Source: an uncultured virus (IMG/VR IMGVR_UViG_3300020197_000012) (lineage: Duplodnaviria > Heunggongvirae > Uroviricota > Caudoviricetes). From it: a stretch of 64,000 bases of DNA. This document shows positions 17,596 to 26,095 of this stretch, one piece after another; position 1 is the stretch's first letter, and each line of letters starts with the position of its first letter. The DNA lies in the IMG/VR virus record IMGVR_UViG_3300020197_000012; one strand, 5' to 3'. The position numbers and the translations under genes were made by a program. The notes beneath the pieces were generated by a model. It was not told the origin of the DNA. It made no database searches and worked only from the letters and a program-made list of their open reading frames with translations.

Positions 17596-17777
17596 GTGAA
17601 TTTGTTTGAACTGAGCCTATGATACGAAAAAAGCTCACCCTTCGGTGAGCCCTTGTGACAGTTATTCAACCGTCCTATTAGGTTTTTAGCTCGTGCCTTT
17701 GCTTGACGCATAGCTTGAGGTTTGAGATGGCGTTTCTGTTCCTTCTTGGAGTGGTGTTGCCAGTTTGGGATCTTCAT
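17529..17777 (-). CDS. Small basic hypothetical protein
   Basis: MKIPNWQHHSKKEQKRHLKPQAMRQAKAR; CAGGA RBS; frame runs through the hairpin and overlaps the VWA gene start. Confidence 0.65.
   Translation of the reverse strand: MKIPNWQHHSKKEQKRHLKPQAMRQAKARAKNLIGRLNNCHKGSPKGELFSYHRLSSNKFTWLLTTKSKVSLPACLLPKTSL
17619..17677 (-). promoter_or_regulatory. Regulatory module: GACAGTT-N4-AACCGTC palindrome, hairpin GCTCACC-GAAG-GGTGAGC with T6, -10-like TATCAT
   Basis: Second copy of the architecture at 13859-13918. Confidence 0.65.
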
Positions 17778-17800
17778 TGTCCTGAATGGTTTGATTGATT

Positions 17801-17828
17801 ATCCTATCATACCATAACGTATTGTCAA
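17801..17828 (-). promoter_or_regulatory. Putative sigma70 promoter
   Basis: TTGACA-N16-TAGGAT with extended TGn. Confidence 0.5.
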
Positions 17829-18151
17829 TCTCGTTGTCTCCAATCGTCTGGTTTGTCTCTGTCATCGGTAAAAAAATCTACGATTTCGTCTACACTGTTA
17901 AATCTACTGACACCAAATCTCTCATTTCCTGTACCGCCAATATCAAGTTGATTCAAAAAATCATCCATATCTCCCTCCTGCATGTCGGGATTCTCGGCAG
18001 TTCTTCTTGCTTGTCTAAGCATTGTGCCAGCAGTTCTATTTACTTTGGCTAATTTTTCTGCCCATATCATATCTTCTAAACTAACTTTTTCTCCATTTAC
18101 AATACATTGACATATCGATTCCAATCTCAGACGATACTGGGTTGATAGCAT
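17825..18151 (-). CDS. Hypothetical protein
   Basis: 108 aa, MLSTQYRLRLESICQCI...WRQRD; CTAAATA at 18174-18180. Confidence 0.75.
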   Translation of the reverse strand: MLSTQYRLRLESICQCIVNGEKVSLEDMIWAEKLAKVNRTAGTMLRQARRTAENPDMQEGDMDDFLNQLDIGGTGNERFGVSRFNSVDEIVDFFTDDRDKPDDWRQRD

Positions 18152-18176
18152 AAAACCACTGTCAGTGTTGAATTAT

Positions 18177-19886
18177 TTAGACAATACGACTAAAACCTTT
18201 AACTTTATCGAATTTTACAACATTTGAAAACTTGTCATGCAGTTCAGATTTATGAGAGATAACAAAGATGTTAGCATCCTTAATCACATAACGGATAATC
18301 TTAAGGAACTCATCGGTGCCGAATCCATCAAGTGAGGAATCAAATACCTCATCCATAATTAAAAGATTGGTATTAACAGAATTTTTAAGTCTGGCAACTT
18401 CCCTCCAAGTGAAGAGAAGTGCCAGATCGATTCTCATTTTTTCTCCTTCGCTAAAAGAAGAATACGAAAAATTTTCGTGAATTGGTGATTTAATTTTTTC
18501 ATTAAACTCTTCATCAAGTGAGAAGTTAATATAAAAATCAAGCATCTGCAAATACTTATTAACCTGCTGGTTAATTAATGGAAGGTAGTGCTTGATAATT
18601 TTAGTCTTAACTCCACCGTCTTTCAAAAGAGTATGGATAAATTCGTAATACCCGATAGTCTCCTTATGCTTAGAAAGTTTCTCTTTAATTTGAACGGAAG
18701 AACATTTGTAAGACTCTAGCTTGTCATGCTCAATATTTTGATTTTCAAGTTGTTTGGTAGTCTTTTGAATTTCAGATTGTAATTCTCGGATTTGGCGTTC
18801 ATATCCAGAGATCTTAGTATTGTTCTGAGAAATTTCATGTGTTAAAGAAGTTACCTCCTTAGAAAGAGCAATGAACTGACGCTCTCTATGTTCTTCCTCT
18901 TTAATTGCAATCTGCAGGTCTTCATAGCCTGTCTGCAACTCCTTTGCTTTATTTTGAGCGTCTGCTATTCTATCTAGGCGAAATTTTTCGTCAATACCTT
19001 GAGTGCAAGTAGGGCATACCGTATTCTCAGTAAAAAACTTATGTTCTTTAGTAATGTTTGCTACCTTTTGCGATAGCTTACCTTTAAGATTTCCTAACTT
19101 ACGAAGTTTCTCAGAAGGATTAGAAAAGTTTTCTAGTACATCATTCTTATCATCTAAATTTTTTTGAACTTCTTCATTAGTGCTAATTGTAGACTCAATC
19201 TGTGTTGTAAGATCATCAATCTTTTGGTTCTTATCGTCAATCTCTTTTTGACCAAGTTCTTGCAGTTGATTAATAAATGATTCCTGCATTTTAATTTTAT
19301 CTTGAAAAGAATCTTCCTTCAAATCTAAAACTTTAATTTGATCTTTTGTATCTTTAATTTTTGTTTTAATGACATCATTCATTGAAGAAAAGATTTTGAT
19401 ATCAAGAAGATCTTCAATAACTTCTCTACGACTTGCAGCAGTCAGCTGCATGAAAGGAACAAAACTACTAGAACCCAAAACAACGATCTGAGTAAATGAC
19501 TTATAGTTCAGTTTAAGAATATTGTTTTCTAAATGACATTGATCATCTTTAACGTCGGCATTCTGTGGTAGCTTTTCACCATTTTTATAAATTTCAAATA
19601 AAGTAGGTTTGATTCCACGAACAACTTTGTACTCGTTGTTCCCACTTGAAAAATAAATTTCAACCACACAGTCTTTGTCATTTTGAGAGTTGACTAACTG
19701 AGGTTTATTAATTTTACGAAATGGCTTGTTAAACAAGACAAAAGTTAGAGCATCAAGCACTGTGCTCTTGCCAGCACCATTAATACCAATGATCAGAGTA
19801 GTATCACTTTCATGCAGATTAATTTCAGTCCACTGGTTGCCCGTAGATAGAAAGTTCTTCCATTTAATCGTTTTGAACAGAATCAT
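18177..19886 (-). CDS. gp46: Rad50/SbcC-like recombination ATPase (T4 gp46)
   Basis: GINGAGKS, CPTC zinc hook, FSEGE signature, LIMDEVFD, ISH. Confidence 0.96.
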   Translation of the reverse strand: MILFKTIKWKNFLSTGNQWTEINLHESDTTLIIGINGAGKSTVLDALTFVLFNKPFRKINKPQLVNSQNDKDCVVEIYFSSGNNEYKVVRGIKPTLFEIYKNGEKLPQNADVKDDQCHLENNILKLNYKSFTQIVVLGSSSFVPFMQLTAASRREVIEDLLDIKIFSSMNDVIKTKIKDTKDQIKVLDLKEDSFQDKIKMQESFINQLQELGQKEIDDKNQKIDDLTTQIESTISTNEEVQKNLDDKNDVLENFSNPSEKLRKLGNLKGKLSQKVANITKEHKFFTENTVCPTCTQGIDEKFRLDRIADAQNKAKELQTGYEDLQIAIKEEEHRERQFIALSKEVTSLTHEISQNNTKISGYERQIRELQSEIQKTTKQLENQNIEHDKLESYKCSSVQIKEKLSKHKETIGYYEFIHTLLKDGGVKTKIIKHYLPLINQQVNKYLQMLDFYINFSLDEEFNEKIKSPIHENFSYSSFSEGEKMRIDLALLFTWREVARLKNSVNTNLLIMDEVFDSSLDGFGTDEFLKIIRYVIKDANIFVISHKSELHDKFSNVVKFDKVKGFSRIV

Positions 19887-20142
19887 GATAATTGGGTGGA
19901 ATTAACAAATCGTCAGGAGTAATAATCATATATGTGTAGTCATGCTCTTCACATATGTTAATTGTGTGTTTATCTTCTACTTCTACTACCTCTAACTCAG
20001 GATAATCATCTGCTTCTAAAAGACCAACAAATCGTTCGGCATCATCTTCTTCGGAAAATAAATATAAAACTTTTTGTCCTACTTCATTTTCGACTGCGTA
20101 TAATCCTTGATTTACATTGTCTTTTAGACAAATGACATACAT
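19864..20142 (-). CDS. Hypothetical protein between gp47 and gp46
   Basis: Start MYVICLKD at 20142 (TAATG coupling); VLYLFSEEDDAERFVGLLEADDYP. Confidence 0.75.
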   Translation of the reverse strand: MYVICLKDNVNQGLYAVENEVGQKVLYLFSEEDDAERFVGLLEADDYPELEVVEVEDKHTINICEEHDYTYMIITPDDLLIPPNYHDSVQND

Positions 20143-21185
20143 TAATCTACCTCGCAAGCTTCCTTATATATGGATTCTATGTGTTGCATAATTATCTTTT
20201 TGTTGAGTGAAATTTCACTGTCTTCAACATACTTATTTAAGATGGAAACTGTGTCTTCAATTTGAGTCAGGTCAACATCATCAACATCATTTACAGTAAA
20301 GTTCTCTACAATTTTAACCTCATGGCAGTCAGATGTCAAGAGCCTGTCTATAAACTTGTCATACTTAACTTGACTGGTTTTCTTTTCAACAATCAGTTTA
20401 ACATACTTTTCTTTACACTTGGTAAAGTTGTAAATCTGATGATTGGTATCAGAGTAATGAATCTTTTGAAATAGTTGAAATGGATTGTCAATTGTTTTTA
20501 ACTTGAGAGTTTCAGTATCAAAAATATGAAACCCTCTAGAGTCATCACAATCATTCCAATACATTTGATAAGGATTTCCAAGATAAAAAATCTTTCCGTT
20601 ATTACTACGAGTATGATAGTGACCAGAAAATACTCGTTTAAATTTAGTAAAGATTTCTGGATCTAAACCATCTTCCATTTGAACCATGCCTTTATACATG
20701 GAGAAGCCAGTAAGTTGCAGGTGACCCATAGCTACTTTTGCTTTTGATGAATTAATCAATTTCATAGTCAACTCTTGATTCTCCTCATTAATCCAAGGAA
20801 TGAAGAGTACCTGAAGATCATCAAAAACTACTTCGATAGGATCTCGTATCTTAGTGATGTTGTCATATTTGTTTAACACAACATCGATTGTATTGAAGTT
20901 GTTTGTATTTTTATAATATGCTGTGTGATTACCAACAACAGTCCAAACATGTATCTTCTTTTTTTCCAGAATATTGTAATAGTTTTTCTTTGCCCAATCC
21001 AAACTCCAGAGATCGATTACTTTACGATTATCAAAGGTATCACCAAGATCAATAACCGTAGAGATGCCTTCGTCTTCTAAAGTTGGAAAGAAGACCTCAT
21101 CATAAAATTTTTGAAAGTAATCATGATAGATCTTACTTCCTTTTTTTACACCGAAGTGTTGATCAGTAATGATAGCAATTTTCAT
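20142..21185 (-). CDS. gp47: Mre11/SbcD-like nuclease (T4 gp47)
   Basis: TDQHFG, LGDTFD, VGNH, MGHL, SGHYH metallophosphoesterase motifs. Confidence 0.96.
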   Translation of the reverse strand: MKIAIITDQHFGVKKGSKIYHDYFQKFYDEVFFPTLEDEGISTVIDLGDTFDNRKVIDLWSLDWAKKNYYNILEKKKIHVWTVVGNHTAYYKNTNNFNTIDVVLNKYDNITKIRDPIEVVFDDLQVLFIPWINEENQELTMKLINSSKAKVAMGHLQLTGFSMYKGMVQMEDGLDPEIFTKFKRVFSGHYHTRSNNGKIFYLGNPYQMYWNDCDDSRGFHIFDTETLKLKTIDNPFQLFQKIHYSDTNHQIYNFTKCKEKYVKLIVEKKTSQVKYDKFIDRLLTSDCHEVKIVENFTVNDVDDVDLTQIEDTVSILNKYVEDSEISLNKKIIMQHIESIYKEACEVD

Positions 21186-21667
21186 CAGTTGTGAATCATC
21201 CTGTAGTGAATTGCATTTTTGATTCCATTGTACTCAGAATCAGATCCATCCAGAATGTTACCATCAGAAACGAAGACTTCATCAAAGTTAGACTGTTCAA
21301 GAATTTTACTCTTAATGTCAAGTTGTTTTTTCTCCTTTTGAATACGGCGAAGAAAGGCATAGTAAATAATTTGTGTAAAGTAGGCAAAAGGATTTCCACG
21401 ATTAATATCGAAGTTGTCAATATATTGTACACAATTTTCTACGCCATCGCAAATCATATCCTCACGGAACATGTAGTTGACAAAATTTGGTTTGTATGAT
21501 AAGTGTGTGGCAATCTTTAAAAAACATTCACCAATGTATCGTGGAATACATGGTCTTGGATTTCCTGCTTCCTTTGCCTGGTTTACCATGTAACGGTAAT
21601 CGCTTAAAGCTTGGAGAAACTCCTTATTATTCACGTAATGATCTGATCTGGATCTTCCCTTGGACAT
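21185..21667 (-). CDS. gp55: Late transcription sigma factor (T4 gp55)
   Basis: HYVNNKEFL, YIGECFLKIA, NFVNYMFREDMICDGVENC, NPFAYFTQIIYYAFLRRIQKEKKQ. Confidence 0.96.
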   Translation of the reverse strand: MSKGRSRSDHYVNNKEFLQALSDYRYMVNQAKEAGNPRPCIPRYIGECFLKIATHLSYKPNFVNYMFREDMICDGVENCVQYIDNFDINRGNPFAYFTQIIYYAFLRRIQKEKKQLDIKSKILEQSNFDEVFVSDGNILDGSDSEYNGIKNAIHYRMIHN

Positions 21668-21689
21668 GGTTTACCTCTTATATGTTGCC

Positions 21690-21718
21690 ATTTTAGCATA
21701 CTCAGAAGATATTTGCAA
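21690..21718 (-). promoter_or_regulatory. Sigma70-type promoter for gp55
   Basis: TTGCAA-N17-TAAAAT with extended TGn. Confidence 0.7.
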
Positions 21719-21725
21719 GAGGTAC

Positions 21726-21754
21726 TTGACAAGACTACTGAAAACTGCTATAAT
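21726..21754 (+). promoter_or_regulatory. Perfect sigma70 consensus promoter pointing antisense
   Basis: TTGACA-N17-TATAAT on the plus strand; no plus-strand gene follows. Confidence 0.75.
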
Positions 21755-21785
21755 AACTCTGTCAGGGTTGATAAAAATATATCTA

Positions 21786-22175
21786 TTAATTATTAGAAGA
21801 TTTATAGAGTTTTTCTAAGTCTTTTCTGAAGTCCTCTATAGTAGATATGTAACCCATTTTTCTATCAGGTTTTATTTTATTAGAACCTATAGAAACTTCT
21901 TTAACATATTCATTATAAATTTTTATTATTTTATTACTTGTAACTTCAGTTATTGTTATTACTTTATCCATATCAATAAAGTATAAACTATCATTATCAT
22001 ACTTAATCCAGGGTTCTACTTTGATGATAGTTCCCATGGGTGTTTCTTGTTCCTTCATAGTAATTGGATGATCTAAAGCTAATATAATTCTATCTTTCTC
22101 TGGACATGCGGATACCATTGACATGATTTCTTCACCAGAAATTAATTTGATTACAGCTAAGAATTCATCTTCCAT
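21786..22175 (-). CDS. Conserved hypothetical protein (Sm-like fold suspected)
   Basis: 129 aa; VIKLISGEEIMS...EPW...MDKVITITEV...MGYISTIEDFRKDLEKLY. Confidence 0.8.
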   Translation of the reverse strand: MEDEFLAVIKLISGEEIMSMVSACPEKDRIILALDHPITMKEQETPMGTIIKVEPWIKYDNDSLYFIDMDKVITITEVTSNKIIKIYNEYVKEVSIGSNKIKPDRKMGYISTIEDFRKDLEKLYKSSNN

Positions 22176-23634
22176 TTGTTCTCATGTTAATAGGTACAAT
22201 TTCATAATTAAATGATTCTTCATTGTAAATTTTAATTCTATCCATAAGATGATTTAAAGTGTAATTTTTGATAGTCTTTGTTGAGATGTCATCAGAGATA
22301 TCATATAATACAGCTTTGTTTTTATCAGTACTTTTTCTTAATACTCTTCCTATTGATTGTAAATTACGAATCCTAGATTTAGATGGAGATGCAAATATTA
22401 CGTTGTGTAATTTTTTAATGTTAATGCCTGTACTAAAAGTTCCATAGGATGCTACAATTATAGCATTGCTTTCTTGCTCAGTAATCTTACGAACCTCCTC
22501 ACGTTCATCGACATCAACACCACCATGAACAAAAAACACTTTTCTATTCTGTGTACTACTATTTATGATGTCGAAAATTACCTTTCCATGAGTCTCTACT
22601 CTACTATAAAGAATCAATGTATTTCCTTTAAGATCTAAAGATAAATTTTTAATAAAATTGTTTCTTTTATCATGACCAATTAAATATTGTATTTCTTCCT
22701 CATATGTGTTAAACTTGTGTGAATCGTGTTTGAGTAAAAGAATTTTAATGTCTAGTTTTGATACGTGCCCTTTATCAATAAGTTCTTTTGTTTTTGTTAC
22801 ATTGTATGATGGTCCAAACAATCCTTCAAGAATCCACTTATGAGTTTGAGTTCCATCTAGAGTGCCAGTAAATCCAAAACGATACTTACAATCAAGCAAT
22901 TTTGTCATAATATCAACTAGAGACTTTGATTTAAACAAGTGTGCCTCATCTCCAACTACAACATCAAAATCAGAATACCAATTTTTCTCTAACTTGTAGA
23001 TAGATTGCCAAGTTGTTATTGTTACGGGAGATTTATTGGTCTTTTCCTTACCTGAGTAAATTCTATGGCAGAAGTGTTCAGCATCCCAACCATAATCTTG
23101 AAAGTCCTTGAACATTTGTTCAACCAAAGATGTGGTAGGAACTACGATTAAAATTTTAAATCCTCTTTCAACATAGTATCTTACAACGCTATAAATCATC
23201 AAAGATTTTCCAGATGCCGTTGGTGAAATCAATAACTTACGATTATATTTTAAGGCACTATACACACCATCAATTTGATAATCTCTTGGTGTATGTTTTG
23301 AGATCTTCTTCATATAATCAGCAACACCTTCCAATGAAATCATGTCATTGACTTCAAATGGAACGCCATAAAATTTACTATCACGAAACTGATAGGTATA
23401 ATTATGTTGATCGCAGAATGCAATTACCTTGTCAAGAAGACCAACATAAATTTCTCCAGTATGTGTTGAGAATAGACGAATTTTTCCATCCCAATATCTT
23501 TTACGATACTGTGGCATGAACTTGGCATTATGCACTTCAAATGTAAATCTATCTGATAACTCTTGAAAAACGTGTGGTTCAGATTCAATACGCAGAAATA
23601 CTTCGTTCTTTTTTGAAATGATTAAATGACTCAT
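22165..23634 (-). CDS. uvsW: SF2 helicase UvsW
   Basis: SPTASGKS, GDEAH, TGT, QSIGRVLR. Confidence 0.96.
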   Translation of the reverse strand: MSHLIISKKNEVFLRIESEPHVFQELSDRFTFEVHNAKFMPQYRKRYWDGKIRLFSTHTGEIYVGLLDKVIAFCDQHNYTYQFRDSKFYGVPFEVNDMISLEGVADYMKKISKHTPRDYQIDGVYSALKYNRKLLISPTASGKSLMIYSVVRYYVERGFKILIVVPTTSLVEQMFKDFQDYGWDAEHFCHRIYSGKEKTNKSPVTITTWQSIYKLEKNWYSDFDVVVGDEAHLFKSKSLVDIMTKLLDCKYRFGFTGTLDGTQTHKWILEGLFGPSYNVTKTKELIDKGHVSKLDIKILLLKHDSHKFNTYEEEIQYLIGHDKRNNFIKNLSLDLKGNTLILYSRVETHGKVIFDIINSSTQNRKVFFVHGGVDVDEREEVRKITEQESNAIIVASYGTFSTGINIKKLHNVIFASPSKSRIRNLQSIGRVLRKSTDKNKAVLYDISDDISTKTIKNYTLNHLMDRIKIYNEESFNYEIVPINMRTNGR

Positions 23635-24065
23635 TAACTAAATCCAGCAGTAAATTTTTGAAATTCAATAGCATTTTTGATTTGATATGTACGGTTTAGA
23701 ATTGTTTTCAAAATTTCTTCAAGATAATCCATCATTGTTTCATAATATTCACACTTCATTCTAAGATCGTTTAATTTTTGATCAGCCTCCATGTATTTTG
23801 TCATTGTTTCTTTGTCACGAATTTTAAAAGCAAAGGGCTCTTCTACATAAACTTTTTGCTCTGCCTTTCCGCTATAAAATTCATAACGAACTTTTTTCGC
23901 TACACTTAAATCGTAAGAACTTTTTTTATGTAGGAGTTTTAAATTGTTGTAAACTTTAAAATATTTTGCGTGTAATCCTGGAATTTTTAAAGATTCTAAA
24001 TGCAAGTTATCAGGATCAATTTGTGAATCTTGATCCCACATAGTTTGAATTTCATCAAGGGTCAT
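23634..24065 (-). CDS. uvsY: Recombination mediator UvsY
   Basis: MTLDEIQTMWDQDSQID...LHAKY...RTYQIKNAIEFQKF; upstream of uvsW. Confidence 0.9.
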   Translation of the reverse strand: MTLDEIQTMWDQDSQIDPDNLHLESLKIPGLHAKYFKVYNNLKLLHKKSSYDLSVAKKVRYEFYSGKAEQKVYVEEPFAFKIRDKETMTKYMEADQKLNDLRMKCEYYETMMDYLEEILKTILNRTYQIKNAIEFQKFTAGFS

Positions 24066-24589
24066 AAAACAGTGCCATTAAGCGATTGTATTTGGTATAT
24101 GGTATATTTAAAATTAACCACACCTGTAAAGTATGTATAATCTCTTTGAGTGGCGTCAAAATCCAAAGTGTTTAGGCTGGTTGGAAATAAATCTTTAAAT
24201 TTAATTCTTAAAATGGGATTATAATTGCTATTTAAAACTTCAAGTGATGCGTCTGAATATAAATTGACAAGTTGCGAATTTGCTAAGTTATCAAATTGGT
24301 TAATATTTTCAGGATAGCCTAAACCCAATAACCAATTATAAATTGCAGTATAATTTTCCATATTTTCATCAACCAAAAATTCAAGACGAAGATCCTCGTA
24401 TTCCAACTTATCACCTGGAATTGGAATCTCTTTAAATGGTGTTGGTTGAATAGCAACTCCTAAAGCAATACCTGGAATGTTTGCTTTGTTGCTGAAAAAA
24501 CTTACCTTTGGATATTTACTTAAAGTAAATCGAAATCCAACAGGTGATAAAAAATTTCTATTATCAATTTGGTTTGATGTGAAAGACAT
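24062..24589 (-). CDS. gp3: Tail tube terminator / tail completion protein (T4 gp3)
   Basis: NFLSPVGFRF, PGDKLEYEDLRLEFLVDENMENY, FKDLFPTSL; directly after gp23. Confidence 0.85.
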   Translation of the reverse strand: MSFTSNQIDNRNFLSPVGFRFTLSKYPKVSFFSNKANIPGIALGVAIQPTPFKEIPIPGDKLEYEDLRLEFLVDENMENYTAIYNWLLGLGYPENINQFDNLANSQLVNLYSDASLEVLNSNYNPILRIKFKDLFPTSLNTLDFDATQRDYTYFTGVVNFKYTIYQIQSLNGTVL

Positions 24590-24598
24590 TTTTATTTG

Positions 24599-24633
24599 TA
24601 TTTAGATAAAAAAAGACCCCCTTGCGGGGGTCT
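24599..24633 (-). terminator. Terminator after gp23, followed by late promoter CTAAATA (24599-24605)
   Basis: AGACCCCC-GCAA-GGGGGTCT with T run (GNRA loop). Confidence 0.85.
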
Positions 24634-24652
24634 GAGTGAATCGGAGAGAGAC

Positions 24653-26044
24653 TCACATAAGGTTGGTAACCTGTACTCTTCTGTAGTAACGGTTGGCGTT
24701 AACACGGAGAGCGCCTTCACCCTGATTAGTACCCTCAGCGAATGGGTTTGCAACCATTCCATAACGGGTCTTGAAGCCAATCTTGGGCTGGAAGGTGTCC
24801 TGACCAACGGCACGAACCATTTGGAGAGGAACGTATGGGCAATAGAAGAGACCAGCATCATAAGGATTCTGACCCTTATAGCCGATAACGTAGTACTGCT
24901 GAGCAGAAACGTTAGCCGAATATGGATCAATGTATACCTTATACTTACCGTTGATAACACCAGCGAAGGTGTTACCAGTGTCATCAACATTAAGACCTAC
25001 GTTGAGGGCAGGGGTGTAATCGAGTACACCAGCCATGGTTAGAGCGGAAGCAACATCTGCAGAGCAGATGATGGTGTTGCCCTTTCCTCTACGAGTTCTT
25101 TGAGCGATTGCGTTTGCATCACGCTCTAGCTGGAAGAGAAGACCCTTGAACTTCTCAACTGACCAACGACCATTGGAGTCGGTGTCAAGGTCGAAGAAAC
25201 CAGCGGTAGCAACGTTAGTTTGAGCACCAGCTTCAGCGATCTTGTAGATGGTTCTAACAACTTCTCTGTTGATTTCAGCGAGGATTTCAGTTGAGAGGAT
25301 GTTAGCAAGCTCAGCTTCTGCATCAAGACCATGAATAGCCTTGAGGTCTTGTGCAAGCTCTAAGCTGTACTCAGCCTTGAGTGCTCTTGACTTTGCTGAA
25401 ACGGTAACTTTCTCGATGCTGAATGCCATTTCATTGAAGGCATTAGCAGCAGCATCACCGAGAGATTCAGAGTTGCCAGTGGACATACCACCACCAACGT
25501 TGTAGTCGGTTGAACCAATACCAGCAACTACGCCGATGTCGTTAAGGATTGCAGGGTTGGAACCACGCTGAGTGGTTGTACCAATACCAGCATTCGCATC
25601 AGCGAAACCAGCAGTAAGGTTGCGGCTGCTGTTCTGACCCGAGAAAGCAGTATCAGCTTCGTTGAAGAATCCTTCGGCGCCAGACTGGTTGGTATAACGG
25701 GTTCTCATCGCAAAGATAAGACCAGTTGGGCCAGTCATAGGCTGAACGCCGCAGATATCATAAGCGATAAGCTGAGGCATTGAACGGCGGATGAGGCTGA
25801 TTAGAACGGGATCGAAACCAGCAACAGGACCTGTAGCAGTAGAGCTAGCTGAGAAGCCACCAGTACCAGCAGAGTTGGTTGGTGATGCTTCTGAGAGGAA
25901 TCCTCTTTCTTGCTTGAGGAATTGCTCTTGGTTTTCTAGCAAGATAGCGGTAACATTTCTTCTGTATGAATCCTTGATAGAATCAAGACCTTCACAATTT
26001 AGAAGAGGTGACCACTTTTCTTGCAAATGTTGTGCATTGTACAT
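24653..26044 (-). CDS. gp23: Major capsid protein (T4 gp23)
   Basis: FDPVLISLIRR, GVQPMTGPTGLIFAMR, KSRALKAEYSLELAQDLKAIHGLDAE, FQPKIGFKTRYG. Confidence 0.98.
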   Translation of the reverse strand: MYNAQHLQEKWSPLLNCEGLDSIKDSYRRNVTAILLENQEQFLKQERGFLSEASPTNSAGTGGFSASSTATGPVAGFDPVLISLIRRSMPQLIAYDICGVQPMTGPTGLIFAMRTRYTNQSGAEGFFNEADTAFSGQNSSRNLTAGFADANAGIGTTTQRGSNPAILNDIGVVAGIGSTDYNVGGGMSTGNSESLGDAAANAFNEMAFSIEKVTVSAKSRALKAEYSLELAQDLKAIHGLDAEAELANILSTEILAEINREVVRTIYKIAEAGAQTNVATAGFFDLDTDSNGRWSVEKFKGLLFQLERDANAIAQRTRRGKGNTIICSADVASALTMAGVLDYTPALNVGLNVDDTGNTFAGVINGKYKVYIDPYSANVSAQQYYVIGYKGQNPYDAGLFYCPYVPLQMVRAVGQDTFQPKIGFKTRYGMVANPFAEGTNQGEGALRVNANRYYRRVQVTNLM

Positions 26045-26095
26045 TTGCGTTTTTCTCCTGTCTTGGAAAAGTGTTATTTTACTATGATCTTAAAA

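Noticed and set aside
12729..26044. Locally higher GC in cobS and gp23 as evidence of recent horizontal transfer
   Set aside because: Both are normal syntenic genes; codon bias of highly expressed genes is a simpler explanation, and I did not quantify it.
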